The notes: generated by a model from the sequence alone, not told the origin. A stretch of 64,000 bases of DNA from Squalus acanthias (GCA_030390025.1 CM059433.1:25794001-25858000); one strand, 5' to 3'. Shown: positions 35,976 through 49,620, counted from the first letter of the stretch. A program made the numbers and translations.

Positions 35976-37829
35976 AGAGTGCATCTAGCAATGCAAGAGC
36001 ACTAATATTGATCACAAGTTACACTTTCAGCAAACAGACAGATGCCAAGAATGGGCATTCACAACCATAAGATGTGCTATTTCCCTGGCAAGACTACTAA
36101 TTCTAGCAGCACGTTATCAACAAAGCTAACGGTGGGCCTTGCAGCAGCAGCAGCCACAAATGATCTTTGGACATCTTTGACAGTTCTATGCTAATGCTTG
36201 AGATGCTCAAGCTGATGAGAAGCTTTTGGTTTCATAAGCTTATTCTTCATCAAGATTTGCAGCCAACTGGATAACAAAGTCATACAGTCTTCACAGATTG
36301 TTAATATATTTCAGCTGTGCTGGCAGGAAAAGGTTGACTAGAAGCCAGATAGAAAAGATAAAAGACAATGGTCACAGCCTTTGAGGGTTCTGTCGTCAGG
36401 TGCCTGTGGACAGCTCACACACGCGTGGTTCGTACTTTCTTTTAATCTTCTCCCCCTTGAAAAAAGTTCCGTTTTGTAAGCCTCTCCTCGTACCTGTAAA
36501 AACCTTTGCCAATCTTCTCCAAATCTCTCAGACATCAAAGATGATCATGGCAGGATATAATTTGATGTAAGGAGGGCTTTTTATAACTTAATCTGTGATT
36601 ACAGAATTTAATAATACAAGGATAAAATTAGCAATCGTCGAGCAAGGCCATAAATGAGAAAAAAATGTTTGTTCAGAGTATTCGAATAGAATCCCATCTG
36701 AAGCAGTTTTCAGAGCTAGACAAATGGCTGATTGAGGCTACAGTTATACTAATCTGAGACTGATTCACCTTCCAGTGTGTAGTGATTACATCTTGTTCTG
36801 ATAGCGGCAATCTTCAATCCATCTCCCGAAGATGAGGAGAATCACGTAGCAGCATGTGATACGTTCCAATAAATCGGATTACAGTAAATCAGATTACAGT
36901 GACAAGAGTTCTCTGTTTGATCCTTGGATCTTGCTATCGTTTACCTGGATGTTCTGCAGGTAAGAGGGTATGACATAGAGGATGTAAGGTCTGCTTAGGA
37001 GAGTAGCTGGTGTCACTGAACCTGAGCAGAGTATCTAGCATAAAACCCAAAGACCTACTTCAGGAGGGCACACATTCAAGCTGCAACTTACCGTGGATAA
37101 CCTTTGTCAACCTCACATCTTCCAAGGGCTGCATACATCAAACTATTCCAACGCACATATGGTCACTTACTGACATCACTGGCCTCTTGTTCTTTGTCAC
37201 TGCACTGCATTTCCCATTGGACGATGGTCTAATGCTATTCAGTGAGAAAAGGAAGTGGAGGCCATGTAGACTGATGCATCAGGTATCTGTTTAGCTTGTG
37301 AGCAGCACATGAACTGATACTTCAGTGCTAGGTGACAATAAGCTGCAAGCATAATGGTATGAAGGCAGTGCTGTACCTATATTGCAGTTTCCCTGCAACA
37401 GTCGCTCTGCTGACCCAAAGAAAGTTGAGACAGTTGTTCTCAGTCATTGACAAGTAAGTGTGCACACTGGTAGGGCCCCACACACCATCAATAACCATTG
37501 AAAAATCAGCTGCAGGACTTCAAACACCTGATTTTCCACTCATTTTTGAGGCTTGTACTGTTGACACATGAAAGTCTCTTCATTTCATGAAAATCACCTT
37601 GCACTGGATGTTTTGGGTCCTCACAAGACTGAACCCATAAAAAGTGAGCACATTGGGGTCTCTTGGAGCTCACCAGCTCCAAGAGACCTCTTAAAGTGGT
37701 ATAGTAAGTATTTTGATGATATTGATGCAAGAGCTGAATGCCAGATGAGAGGCGAGAGTCACTGCCTGCAACATCAAGGCACTATTTGTCTGAGCATGGC
37801 ACCAAGGAGCCCTAGCAAAACCGAAGTTA

Positions 37830-39150
37830 ATGAGGATCAAAGGTAAAACCCCCCAATGGTTAGAATCATACCTGAGGCAAAGAAAATGGTTTGGTTGTTG
37901 GAGGCCAGTCACCAACAGTCCCAGGACATCACTGCAGGAGTTCCACAGGAAAGTGTCTTCAACCCAACCATCTTCAGGCGCTTCATCAATTTCATCTGTC
38001 ATGAGGTCAGAAGGTGCGGCTGTTCAGTGTCAATTTCACTGTATTCAACTCCATTTACAACTCCTCTGATGGTAAAGCAGCCCAAGCCAGCCTGCAGCCT
38101 GAGTTGTATAACATTCTGGCTTGGGCTGACAAGTGGCAGGTAATGACCATCTCAAACAAGAGAAAGTGCAAACATCTCCCTCAAACCTTTAATGGCACCA
38201 TCATCACTGAGTACCCCGTCATCAATATCTTGGGGGTCACCAATGACCAGAAGCTGGACTGGTGTAGCAATATCAATATCATGGTTACAAGTACAGAGCA
38301 GAGACTGAGGACTCTGTGATGAGTATCTCAGATCCTGACCCTTCTCATTATCTGTCCAAAAATGTGCGGGTTAGGTTGATTTGGCTATGATAAATTGACC
38401 CTTAGTGTTAGGGGGGGGATTAAATATGTGGGGTTATGGGGATAGGATGGGATATGTTAGGGGGAATTAAATACGTGGGGTTACGGCGGTCGGGTGGGAT
38501 ATGTGTACTGTGGGGATTAAAGGGTACTGGATTTGAATGATCAGCCATGATCGTATTGAATGGTGGTGCAGGCTCGACGGGCCGAATGGCCTACTCCTGC
38601 TCCTAGATTCTATGTTTCTATGTTTCTATTCACAAGACTCAACTCAGGAGTGTGATGGAATACTCACCACTCGCCTGGATGGGTACAGCCGGAACAACAC
38701 TCAAGTAGCTATATTCCAGGACAGAATGGTTCACTTGGTTAGTGCCCCTGCCACTGGACTCACCATCCACTCCCTCCATCACCGGCACACTGTGGCTGAG
38801 GTATATACGATCTACAAGAGGCACTGCAGTGACTCACCAAAGTTACTTTGACAGCTTTTCCCTCCCTGCATCTCTACTACTGAGAACAACAAGAGCAGCA
38901 ACACCATCACCTCCAAGTTCCCCTCGACATCACACACCATCCTGACTTGGACATATATTGCCATACTTTCATGGTCACTGGGTCAATATCCTGGAATCCC
39001 CTACCTAGCACCATTATGGGATCTCCATCACCACAAGGACTGTGTGGTTTCAGGAGAAAGTCCACCAACAACTTCTCAGGGCAACGAGGGTGCACAACAT
39101 GCGTGGCCTTGCCAGCATCGCCAACATCCTGAGAGCAAAGATACAAAACA
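37830..39150 (+). mobile_element. Degenerate LINE of the same family as 15043-19458, interrupted by a SINE
   Basis: QDITAGVPQ and AWADKWQV; 3' UTR similar to 19200-19440. Confidence 0.8.
38354..38629 (+). mobile_element. 5'-truncated HE1-like SINE with CR1-derived tail
   Basis: GTCCAAAAATGTGCGGGTTAGGTTGA core plus CR1 3' end; near-identical reverse copy at 57502-57783. Confidence 0.75.
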
Positions 39151-41146
39151 ACTAACCCACGACCTCGACCTGGACATGCCAGAGGCCAGCTGTCTTTGCC
39201 TTCCCCGCTTCACAAATCAGGCTGCTAAGGAGTGTTTTATCGTCTTTTTACTCCAGGATCCTTATTTTCTGAGGAGTTCAGGAGTGGCCTAAAAATGAAA
39301 GTGCAGCAACCCCTGAAATGTTCAACTGCACTCATCACTACACTGGGACTTGCACCTGAACATGTCAATGAATCATATTTTTGTTTCCTCCACTTAACTA
39401 GATAGACTGCCACAGGCTTGTCCCATCTACTGCCCAATCACAATATTTAGATGAGGGAGATCTCCTCATGAAGCTTCCATACATCTTCCAAGCATCTTTC
39501 CAAGGCACCACAGGGGATAGCTGCCAGGTTAGGCAGTCCACAGTGCACACATGTACTGGGGAAATTACAACCACTGTGTTGGCAAGGGACAACACCATCA
39601 TCACTTTTTCTCTGGAAATGAGGAGTCAGCTGTACAGAATCCACAGAGGGAAGGGTTCCCTCAAATGGGCACACATGGTTAGGTGCTACCTGACCAGCAG
39701 AAATAGCATCATGCATGACAGTGGCCAGAATCCAGGAAGCAGCAGTCAACAGTCCCCACATTCTGCAATGGAAGAGAAACACTGGTTGATGGTTGTAGGG
39801 AGAATCATGCTATCCTCTGCATGGTTGGCTGCTGACCCCACTAAGAAACCCGCTGACAGCAGAGGGGAGCCTTGGACTGGAAGCTTGACCATCTGTTTGC
39901 ACTTCCACATCCCCAACGCTACATCAATCGCATCCCCTGCAAAAAAGTGTGCTGTGCAGCTTGGGTACAATGAATGAGTTTGTGCAAACGGGACAATAGT
40001 TCTGCATAAAAGCTCAAAATGTACTTCGCAGGAGGACGGCGAGTCTTCAGCTTAGGTTTCTGTCATGTTTGATGCGCCTTTCAAGAAATATGTACTAAGG
40101 TGAGGAGCATGCTCATTTTCACCTTCCTCTTGAATCTCTTCCAGGTACAAGAGAGCTGGGTGACTGCACTGACTTGGGCGCAGACCTCCTCCATGGCGCC
40201 TATGCTTTTACTGGAGCACGCTGTATGACCCCAAAGTGGAACATCCTGCTTAGGTGCACCTTGCGCAGCAGACCTTCTGCATTACCCAGATGCCTTAGCC
40301 AAGTCTTTGTGAACAACGAGGCAACTTTTCTATTCCTGCCATAACTTCCCCTTTTATAGTGATGAGTGCCCAATTTTGTGATCTTCAGCCAAGTCTGCTG
40401 CAGGCCAAGTTCTTCTGTCGCCTAGACAAAATAAGGGGCGGAGATTGTGTTAGAAAATTGGATGTAGCCCACCCCTTCACTACGGGAGTGGGTGCACCTA
40501 AGATTTGGGCCAACACAAGCCCATTTTTGCGGAGTTTGGAAAATTGGGCGCCATGGTCTGGAGCTATCTGATCTCCTTGGCATCCTTCTTTCATCTCGCA
40601 CCACCTAAACCACAAAATACTTTTTTTTAAACACTCTGGAAGCAAACCTTAAGGAGAAAGAAATAGTGCTCCCCAAACTTTTCTGAAATAAATGTTAAAA
40701 ATTGACATTTCAAAAGTATGGAACAAATCTGTAATAACCGCAACATTGTACTCAAAATGTAATGAAAACATTGAAAAAAATAAAAAAGAAACAGAAAGCT
40801 TTCGCCACTTTAAGAACTCCTGCACCCGTGGAGCTTCTCTTGCTCCCATTCCAAATGGGCACTGAAGGAATAAAAGAGCAAAGCTCGGACAAATCCAACA
40901 AAATGGAGCTTTGTGCTCCTTTAAATATTCTTATATGAAATTTGAGGCCTTAATCAGACTTGCTCACAACTGGAGCCTGAGCCTTTGGTACTACCGATGT
41001 TTCCCCACCGCATTATCCCTCTCTGTGCGGTATGGGAGCGCAGCCCTAGATAATAAGGTGAGCCAGCACTTGTAACACAGCAGTGCGAGTGGAGCAGAGG
41101 AACACATTATCAGTAAATGATGTAAATATGCTCCTATCATAGTAAT

Positions 41147-41748
41147 AACATAGAACATAAGAAATAGGAGCAGGAGTAGGCCAATCGGCCCCTCGAGCCT
41201 GCTCCGCCATTCAATAAGATCATGGCTGATCTGATCCTAACCTCAAATCTAAAGAACACAAGAAGTAGGAGCAGGACCCGGCCACTCAGCCCCTGGGCCC
41301 GCTCCGCCACCCACAGGGCCTCGACCGATCCGAACTCAGCCTCATGTCCAATTTCCTGCCCGCTCCCCGTAACCCCTAATTCCCTTTACTTCTAGGAAAC
41401 TGTCTATTTCTGTTTTAAATTTATTTAATGATGTAGCTTCCACAGCTTCCTGGGGCAGCAAATTCCACAGACCTACTACCCTCTGAGTGAAGAAGTTTCT
41501 CCTCATCTCAGTTTTGAAAGAGCAGCCCCTTATTCTAAGATTATGCCCCCTGGTTCTAGTTTCACCCATCCTTGGGAACATCCTTACCGCATCCACCCGA
41601 TCAAGCCCCTTCACAATCTTATATGTTTCAATAAGATCGCCTCTCATTCTTCTGAACTCCAATGAGTAGAGTCCCAATCTACTCAACCTCTCCTCATATG
41701 TCCACCCCCTCATCCCCGGGATTAACCGAGTGAACCTTCTTTGTACTG
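41147..41748 (-). mobile_element. Young CR1 3' fragment with doubled tail
   Basis: RT C-terminus ORF 41342-41713; nearly identical to 48135-48743. Confidence 0.93.
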
Positions 41749-42327
41749 TTCCAGAGGTTGCAGCTTGACATCAATACAAAGAAAAACTGGCAACGGTGTG
41801 TTACCATAGAATTTCCAGGCAGACTGTAGAAAGCTATTTTAGGTGGAATGCATCGTCAAGGGATTCACACCTGTGAACTGGATACAAAATGAGGAAGGAA
41901 ACACACTTTTTTGCTGCAGGTAACTTATGCAAGCACACCACCTGTGCAGTTGGGTTGCCAACTCTGGTTGGACATATTCCTGGAGGATTCATCACATGAT
42001 CTTCTGCCTCCGACCGTCCCGCCCCCACACTCCCACCATTGGCTGCCCGACATGTCCATCCTCACGGTGCACCTTCCCACGCCAATCAGGAAGTGAATAG
42101 ACTCTGCATTACCTGATTGGATGCTTCTTCACGCTCAGTCAACAGCCATGTTCCCGCATCCCCGAAATTTTTAGAACTAATAAACAAAAGTGTTCAAAGA
42201 AAATTTTCAAAAAGCTAAATTTTTTTTGAATGCCCCTCTGATTTTTCTCCTGGGTTGCTGGCGGCATTGTCCCGGAGATTAGTCTGTAATTCCTGGAGAC
42301 TCTGTGCAGGGCTCTGGTTAACTATGA

Positions 42328-42412
42328 GAAGTCGCACAACACCAGGTTATAGTCCAACAGTTTTATTTAAAATTACGAGCTTTCGGAGCTGCTGCCCCTT
42401 CGTCAGGTAGAG
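42328..42412 (-). mobile_element. Penelope-type terminal fragment with minimal hammerhead ribozyme (42374-42409)
   Basis: TAC-CTGACGA-A-GGGGC-AGCA-GCTCC-GAAA-GCTC-GTA; homologous to 13196-13283. Confidence 0.75.
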
Positions 42413-42849
42413 GTACAGTGAGGGAATCTAATACACAGTATTAACTATGTCATTGTAGAGAACGGCAGCACTTTGTGAAGCCTGCCCATTTGTTTGGTGT
42501 TGTACCGTGTAATTGTGCACAAAATCTGTGCAGTGATGGCTGATGTGCTGCAATCACAATTTATCAGAGTACCGTGGACACGAGGTTGTGGTCAAATTCC
42601 GACAGAAATCCAGCTTCCCACATGCTATAAATGGGACCCATTGATCAACGTCTGCACCACTGCGCAATCATTATGGTTTCTAGGAGACACATGCTAGTTT
42701 GTTAGAAAAAGTGCAAGATATGCTTGGCCATTGTCACATTCAACGTGGAACATTGTTCAATGCTCCTACTGTGGCTACAAATGGCATTGAATCACTGTGT
42801 TCCTGGCTTTGAAAACCATTCACTAACAGCAGCTAACTTATCCCAGAGC

Positions 42850-43080
42850 AGCAGTAATACAACCACTGGCTGTCAAGTGCACGAGTGGTCAATGAACATG
42901 CTTTCCGCAGTGACAGCTGGCTGGAGCTGTCTTTCACGGTGTAATGATACCATCGCAATGTTTCTGCTTAGAATAATTACAACATGCTGCATTCTACAGA
43001 ATATATGCAAAATCTTAAGAAGTGCTTCTGTGGTACTTGTTCAACGAATTGACAGAAATAAATGCTCTGCAATAAATGAC
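42850..43080 (+). mobile_element. Possible highly decayed Harbinger transposase C-terminus
   Basis: RVVNEHAF and IITTCCILQNIC-like motifs in different frames. Confidence 0.45.
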
Positions 43081-43547
43081 TGTCCTCGCAGCCAGAGTAA
43101 AGCACAGAGCTTATGTAATACTGTGGTCTGCTACCCAAACAATTCTGAAGGAAGCCTGTGATTTCTAAGCTGTCTGCAACTGCCAAAGCAGCAACAAATG
43201 ACATGTGGCCTCTTTGTTGGCTACCTACAACTTGACAGACTATAAAAAGATCACATGAGATGTTTACCAGCTGTACTTCTCTACTAATGGAACAGATGAC
43301 TGACAGAGGTTTGTGTTCCAGATGTGGACGTTCATCCTGGAAATTCAGGGGTGCTGCCTGGGGAGCGCAACTCACTAAATCGTGAATGCATACGCTTTGA
43401 TTTTTAGTCGGTAAGTCATGGTTTCTTGACATGTGCTTCTCATAGAACGCTGGATCCCGGATTCATGCCTTCTAGCCCAGAAGGTGGAGTGAAGGTACAA
43501 ATTGGTGAAAGCGCTGCATTTTGTGATACCTGTCTCCTGGGATTAAT

Positions 43548-44313
43548 GGGCCAGAAATTCGGCTCCCTGGCTTCCCGCGGGTACAAGGATCGCGCGCGCA
43601 CCTACCTACCGCGCCTGCCGTTGACCCCTGGGCCCACGGGGACTTCGGCTCCTGGGCCTCCTCCAACTGCCGGCGCGCAGTGCTTGTGTATCCCAGGGGC
43701 GTAGTTAGTGCGATGCGTCCCCTGGGATCACATGGGCCATGGAGAGCCAATGGCAGCAGACCATCTTTCATTCATAGATTTGACAGGAAGACCTGTCAAA
43801 GCTATGAATACAGATCGGCCCCAAAACATCCCTAAAACTACAAATAATTTTTTTTTAAAACATCACATTTATAAAATAACTATAAATTACATTAATTAAC
43901 TATTTTAAACAAAAATTTAAATTTTTGAAAAAATTAATTATATTTTTTAACGGGGCTAAAACTAAACTTACCTTTCTTTAAAGTAATTAAAAAAGATAAA
44001 TCTGTGAAAAAAATGTTTACATTTTAATAAAATCAACACTTACCTTGTTAAAAGAAGGCTTTGCGCCTCCTTTTTAAAAGTGTATCTTCTCCGTGCTTAC
44101 CCTCACGGAGGAACCTGTAAAAAAATCCGAAGTGCGAGGCGAACGCGCTGGCCCTCCGGCGTGCGCGTTCGACCTCTGAACCCCTTTCCTCAGGGGAACG
44201 GAAGTGCCGGTTTCCCACACATGCACAGTGCATGCAAGAAACCGGCACTTTCGTTCCGTCCACAGGTGAGTACATAGTGCGCACTCACCCGACAACAGAC
44301 GAATTTCTGCCCC
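43548..44313. mobile_element. PIF/Harbinger-type MITE
   Basis: TIR GGGCCAGAAATTC / GAATTTCTGCCCC; TSD AAT. Confidence 0.87.
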
Positions 44314-44544
44314 AATCTGGCTGGCCTATCATTACCTTTTATTGCTGCTTTCACTCTCAACAGACTTGGTTCCACTTGTAATGCCACTAATGATGGAGGA
44401 ATAGTGCTGGTCATGTGAAAGTCCACAAATCCAGTAATGGTTCCATTAACTCGCAATACTTGCACTTTTTGTTGTTACCATTTTGGTTATCATGGACTTG
44501 CCACTGAAAACAACTTCTACAATGACATAGCACTGATTCTGCTG

Positions 44545-45115
44545 CTGAAATTCCCATTCGTGCCTTTGTTACTGCCAGACTTGATTATTTCAGTGCTCTC
44601 TTGGCCAGCCTCCCATTCTCCAAACTTCAGCTCATCCAAATCTCCCTTCCTCATATACTATCCCACACCAAGTTTCGCTCACCCATCACCCTGTCCTTGC
44701 CGACCTGCTTCCAATCACCTAACACCTCCAATTTAAAATTCTCATACTCGTATTCAAATCCCTTCATGACTTCATACTTTCCTACCATTGGAACCTTCTC
44801 AAGCCCTGCAACCCTCCAGGAACTCTGCATACCTCCAACTCTAGACTTCTGTGCATCCCAAAATCCCTTCACCCAACCATTGGCAGCCGTGTCTCCAGCT
44901 ATTTAGACTCTAAGCTCTGGAATTCCATCCCTGAACAACTGTTCCTCTCTCTTCCTATAAGAGCCTCCTTGAATCCCACCTCTTTGACCAAGTTTTTAGT
45001 CACCCCTCTTAATTATCTTCTTTGGCTCAATGTCCATTTATATCTGATTATGGTTCCATGAAGCACCTTAGGAAGTTTTATATGTTAAAGTGTTATATAA
45101 ATGCAAGTTGTTGTC
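44545..45115 (+). mobile_element. Old L2 3' fragment
   Basis: Reverse-complement similarity to 12062-12710; TATATAAATGCAAGTTGTTG tail. Confidence 0.75.
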
Positions 45116-45211
45116 AGAGCTGCGGCTAGGTAAACATCTATCAATTGTGAAGTAAAAAGGTGTGCTCTGCTGGTTAAGCTGTGTGGTTTCAGTTTGGGGT
45201 TTTTTATTCGT

Positions 45212-45505
45212 TTTTTTTATGGGATGTGGGCCTCGCTGGCAATGCCAGCATTTATTGCCCATCCGTAGTTGCCCTTGAGAAGGTGGTGGTGAGCTGCTTT
45301 CTTGAACCGCTGCAGTCCGTGTGGTGATGGTAGTCCCACAGTGCTGTTAGGTAGGGAGTTCCAGGATTTTGACCCAGCGATGATGAAGGATCGGCGATAT
45401 ACTTCTAAGTCAGGATGGTGTGTGCCTTGGAGGGGAAGTTGGAGGTGGTGATGTTCCCATGCGCCTGCTGCCCTTGTCCTTCTAAGAGGAAGAGGTTGCG
45501 GGTTT
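45212..45505 (-). mobile_element. 3' end of the LINE family seen at 15043-19458
   Basis: Reverse complement of ~19190-19450, with an A-tail. Confidence 0.85.
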
Positions 45506-45599
45506 GTTAAACTCCATCAGTACCCAGGTGCAAACATGTGAGTCCCTAAGTCTTAGCTCTTGCCAACGTGTGCTGAAGCTCTCTGGCCTTAGGTGATTG

Positions 45600-46440
45600 G
45601 AATAAAAACAGAAAATGCTGGAAATACTCAGCAGGTCAGGCTGCATCTGTGAAGAGAGAAACAGAGTTAACGTTTCAGGTCGATGACCTTTCGTCAGAAC
45701 TGGAAAAAAGCAGGAAATGGAATAGATTTTTAAGCAAGTGTGGGAGCTGGGAAAGGGGGGGAGGGGATGAAAGAACAAAAGGGAAGGTCTGTGATAGGAT
45801 GGAAGGCAGGAGAGATTAAGATACAAAAAGGGATGATGGTGCAAGGCAAAAGGTGATGGTAATGGCACAAGTTAAGAAACAAAAGGTGACTCTAGATGAA
45901 GTGTAAATGGCAATGGCAGAATCATCAACAGCTGCCATGTGAGAGAGAGAAAAAAAATGATAGGGGCAGAGGTTATGGTCTGAAATTGTTGAACTTGATG
46001 TTAAGTCCGGAAGGCTGTAAAGTGCCTAATCGAAAGATGAGGTGCTGTTCCTCGAGCTTACGTTGAGCTTCATTGGAACAGTGTAAGAGGCCGAGGACGG
46101 TGAGGTCAGAGTGGGAGTGGAGCGGAAAATTAAAGTGACAGGTGACTGGAAGCTCGGGGTCACCCTTACGGACTAAACGGAAGTGTTCCGCAAAGCGGCC
46201 ACCCAATCTGCGTTTGGTCTCCCCAAGGTAGAGGAGACCGCATCGTGAGCAGTGAATACAGTATACTAAATTGCAAGAAGTACAAGTAAATAGTTGTTTC
46301 ACTTGGAAGGAGTGTTTGGAGCCCTGGACAGCCTTCGCCCGGCACCTTCCTGTGCAAGCGCAGGAGATGCAACACCTGCCCTTTTACCTCCTCCCTTCCC
46401 ACTGTCCAATGCTGAGTATTTGCAGCATTTTCTGTTTTTA
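45600..46440 (-). mobile_element. Penelope-like element fragment: GIY-YIG endonuclease plus hammerhead (45665-45701)
   Basis: NLVYCIHCSRCGLLYLGETKRRL..RFAEH..PSGLN; AGTT-CTGACGA-A-AGGTC-ATC-GACCT-GAAA-CGTT-AACT. Confidence 0.88.
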
Positions 46441-47704
46441 TATAAGATTCTTATTGTCTGGTAAGCAGTGGCTGTGACAAGAACAAATTGTTTTTGAAAC
46501 TGTTATCATGCTAAAGTAAATTAAAAAAAAATAAGAACATAAGAAAATAAGAAATAGGAGCAGAAATAGGCCACTTGGCCCCTCGAGCCTGCTCCGCCAT
46601 TCAATAAGATCATGGCTGATCTTGGGCTCAAAGCCACTTCCCTGCCCGCACCCCATAACCCTTCACTCCCTTATCTTGCAAAAGTCTGTCTATCTCCACC
46701 TTAAATGTATTTAATGACCCAGCCTCCGCAGCTCTCTGGGGCAGAGAATTCCACAGATTTACGACCCTCTGAGAGAAGAAATTCCTCCTCATCTCAGTTC
46801 TAAAAGGGCGATCCTTTATTCTAAAACTGTGCCCCCGCGTTCTAGATTTCCCCACGAGGGGAAACATCCTCTCTGCATCTACCTTGTTGAGCCCCCTCAG
46901 TATCTTATATGTTTCAATAAGATCACCTCTCATTCTTCTAAATTCCAATGAGTATAGGTCCAGCCTGCTCAACCTTTCCTCATAAGTCAACCCCCTCATC
47001 TCTGGAATTAACCTAGTGAATCGTCTCTGAACTGCCTCCAATGCAAGTATATCCTTCCTTAAATAAGGAGACCAAAATTGTACGCAGTATTCGAGGTGTG
47101 GTCTCACCAATACCCTGTACAGTTGTAGCAGGACTTCCCTGCTATTATACTCCAACCCCTTTGAAATAAAGGCCAACATTCCATTTGCCTTTTTGATTAC
47201 TTGCTGTACCTGCATGCTAACTTTTTGTGTTTCATGCACAAGGACCCCCAGGTCCCTCTGAACTGTAGCATTTTGTAATCTCTCTCCATTTAAATAATAA
47301 TTTGCTTTTTATTTTTCCTGCCAAAGTGTATAACCTCGCACTTTCCCACATTATACTCCATCTGCCAAATGTTTGCCCACTCACTTAGCCTGTCTATATC
47401 CCTTTGCAGGTTCTTTGAGTCCTCTGCACAACTTGCTTTCCCACCCATCTTTGTATCATCCGCAAACTTGGCTTCATTACACTCGGTCCCTTCATCCAAG
47501 TCATTAATGTAGATTGTAAATAGTTGAAGCCCGAGCACCGATCCCTGTGGCACCCCACTAGTTACCGTTTGCCAACCGGAAAATGACCCATTAACCTGAC
47601 TCTCTGCTTTCTGTTAGCTAGCCAATTCTCTATCCATGCTAATATATTACCCCCAATTCTGTGAGCCCTTATCTTATGCAGTAACCTTTTATGTGGCACC
47701 TTAT

Positions 47705-48743
47705 TGCAGATGATACAAAGATGGGAGGGAAAGTAGAAAGTGAGGAGGACATAAAAAACCTACAAGGGGATATAGACAGGCTGGGTGAGTGGGCGGAGAT
47801 TTGGCAGATGCAATACAATATTGGAAAATGTGAGGTTATGCACTTTGGCAGGAAAAATCAGAGAGCAAGTTATTATCTTAATGGCGAGAAACTGGAAAGT
47901 ACTGCAGTACAAAGGGATCTGGGGGTCCTAGTGCAAGAAAATCAAAAAGTTAGTATGCAGGTGCAGCAGGTGATCAAGAAGGCCAATGGAATGTTGGCTT
48001 TTATTGCTAGGGGGATAGATTATAAAAACAGGGAGGTATTGCTGCAGTTATATAAGGTATTGGTGAGACCGCACCTGGAATACTGCGTACAGTTTTGGTG
48101 TCCATACTTAAGAAAAGACATACTTGCTCTCGAGGCAGTACAAAGAAGGTTCACTCGGTTAATCCCCGGGATGAGGGGGTGGACATATGAGGAGAGGTTG
48201 AGTAGATTGGGACTCTACTCATTGGAGTTCAGAAGAATGAGAGGCGATTTTATTGAAACATATAAGATTGTGAAGGGGCTTGATCGGGTGGATGCGGTAA
48301 GGATGTTCCCAAGGATGGGTGAAACTAGAACTAGGGGGCATAATCTTAGAATAAGGGCCTGCTCTTTCAAAACTGAGATGAGGAGAAACTTCTTCACTCA
48401 GAGGGTAGTAGGTCTGTAGAATTTGCTGCCCCAGGAAGCTGTGGAAGCTACATCATTAAATAAATTTAAAACAGAAATAGATAGTTTCCTAGAGGTAAAG
48501 GGAATTAGGGGTTACGGTGAGCGGGCAGGAAATTGGACATGAGGCTGAGTTCGGATCGGTCAGGGCCCTGTGGGTGGCGGAACGGGCCCAGGGGCTGAGT
48601 GGCCGGGTCCTGCTCCTACTTCTTGTGTTCTTTAGATTTGAGGTTAGGATCAGATCAGCGATGATCTTATTGAATGGCGGAGCAGGCTCGAGGGGCCGAT
48701 TGGCCTACTCCTGCTCCTATTTCTTATGTTCTTATGTTCTTAT
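47705..48743 (+). mobile_element. Young 5'-truncated CR1 nested antisense in the older CR1
   Basis: Starts at the ADDTK motif; CTTAT duplication at 47700-47704 and 48739-48743; the host CR1 resumes exactly afterwards. Confidence 0.92.
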
Positions 48744-49042
48744 CGAATGCCTTCTCGAAATCCAAATACACCACATCCACTGGTTCACCTTTGTCCACCC
48801 TACTCATTACCTCCTCAACGAACTCCAGCAAATTTGTTAAACATGATTTCCCTTTTCGAAAACCATGCTGACTCTGCTTGACTGCATTATGATTTTCCAA
48901 ATGCCCTGCTACTACTTCCTTAATGAAGGACTCCAGCATTTTCCCAACGACAGATGTTAGGCTAACTGGTCTAATGTCCTGCTTTCTGTCTCCCTCCTTT
49001 CTTAAATAGGGGTGTTACATTTGCGGTTTTCCAATCCGCTGG

Positions 49043-49620
49043 TGTCGAAGTTTTACATGCCGAGTAGGACTCTTTTAAACATAGAATCGTGTCAAGAAGG
49101 CTTTTTAATAAAGTTTACTTGTTACAAGGGAAGGTTCTGACACAGTCAAGTTGCTATGTCAGAATGCTTCGAATCTTACAAGATTTGAACATACTTTATA
49201 CAAAAAGAACACAGAACAGGCCATATGACATAACATTAAACATACTGATTAATGAGGCACAAACTTGTGAGTTATTGCATAGGTTTTCGTTATAATAACG
49301 AGCAGAAATTCCTTAAAGATCAGATAACCAGACCTTCCTTGTGGGATCCCTTTGTTCAATGTTCATTCTCTATGTAACTCTAATCTGTGGGTTGATGGCT
49401 TACCTTATCTCATCCTGAGCTGGTTAGAACTAATTGATGCCTTATTTTGCTAAGCTTTTCTTAGATAAGGAATTCTGAGTTGTCTCCATCCTTGTAGCTA
49501 ATTAGAATGATTTACTTATTATGGTGACTCCTACTGTCGGCCATTTTGAATTCCTTTTTTTAAATTCTTTTCTCAGAAAAGCCATTTTGTTTGTGTCTAA
49601 AAGTAAACTGCACTTCTACA
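49043..49620 (-). repeat. 3' LTR (578 bp) of the class I ERV
   Basis: TGTAGAAG...CTTCGACA directly after the PPT; abuts CR1 sequence. Confidence 0.88.

Noticed and set aside
36950..40600. Possible ancient Harbinger element split by the LINE at 37830
   Set aside because: Only faint transposase-like words and TIR-like ends; too decayed to support coordinates.
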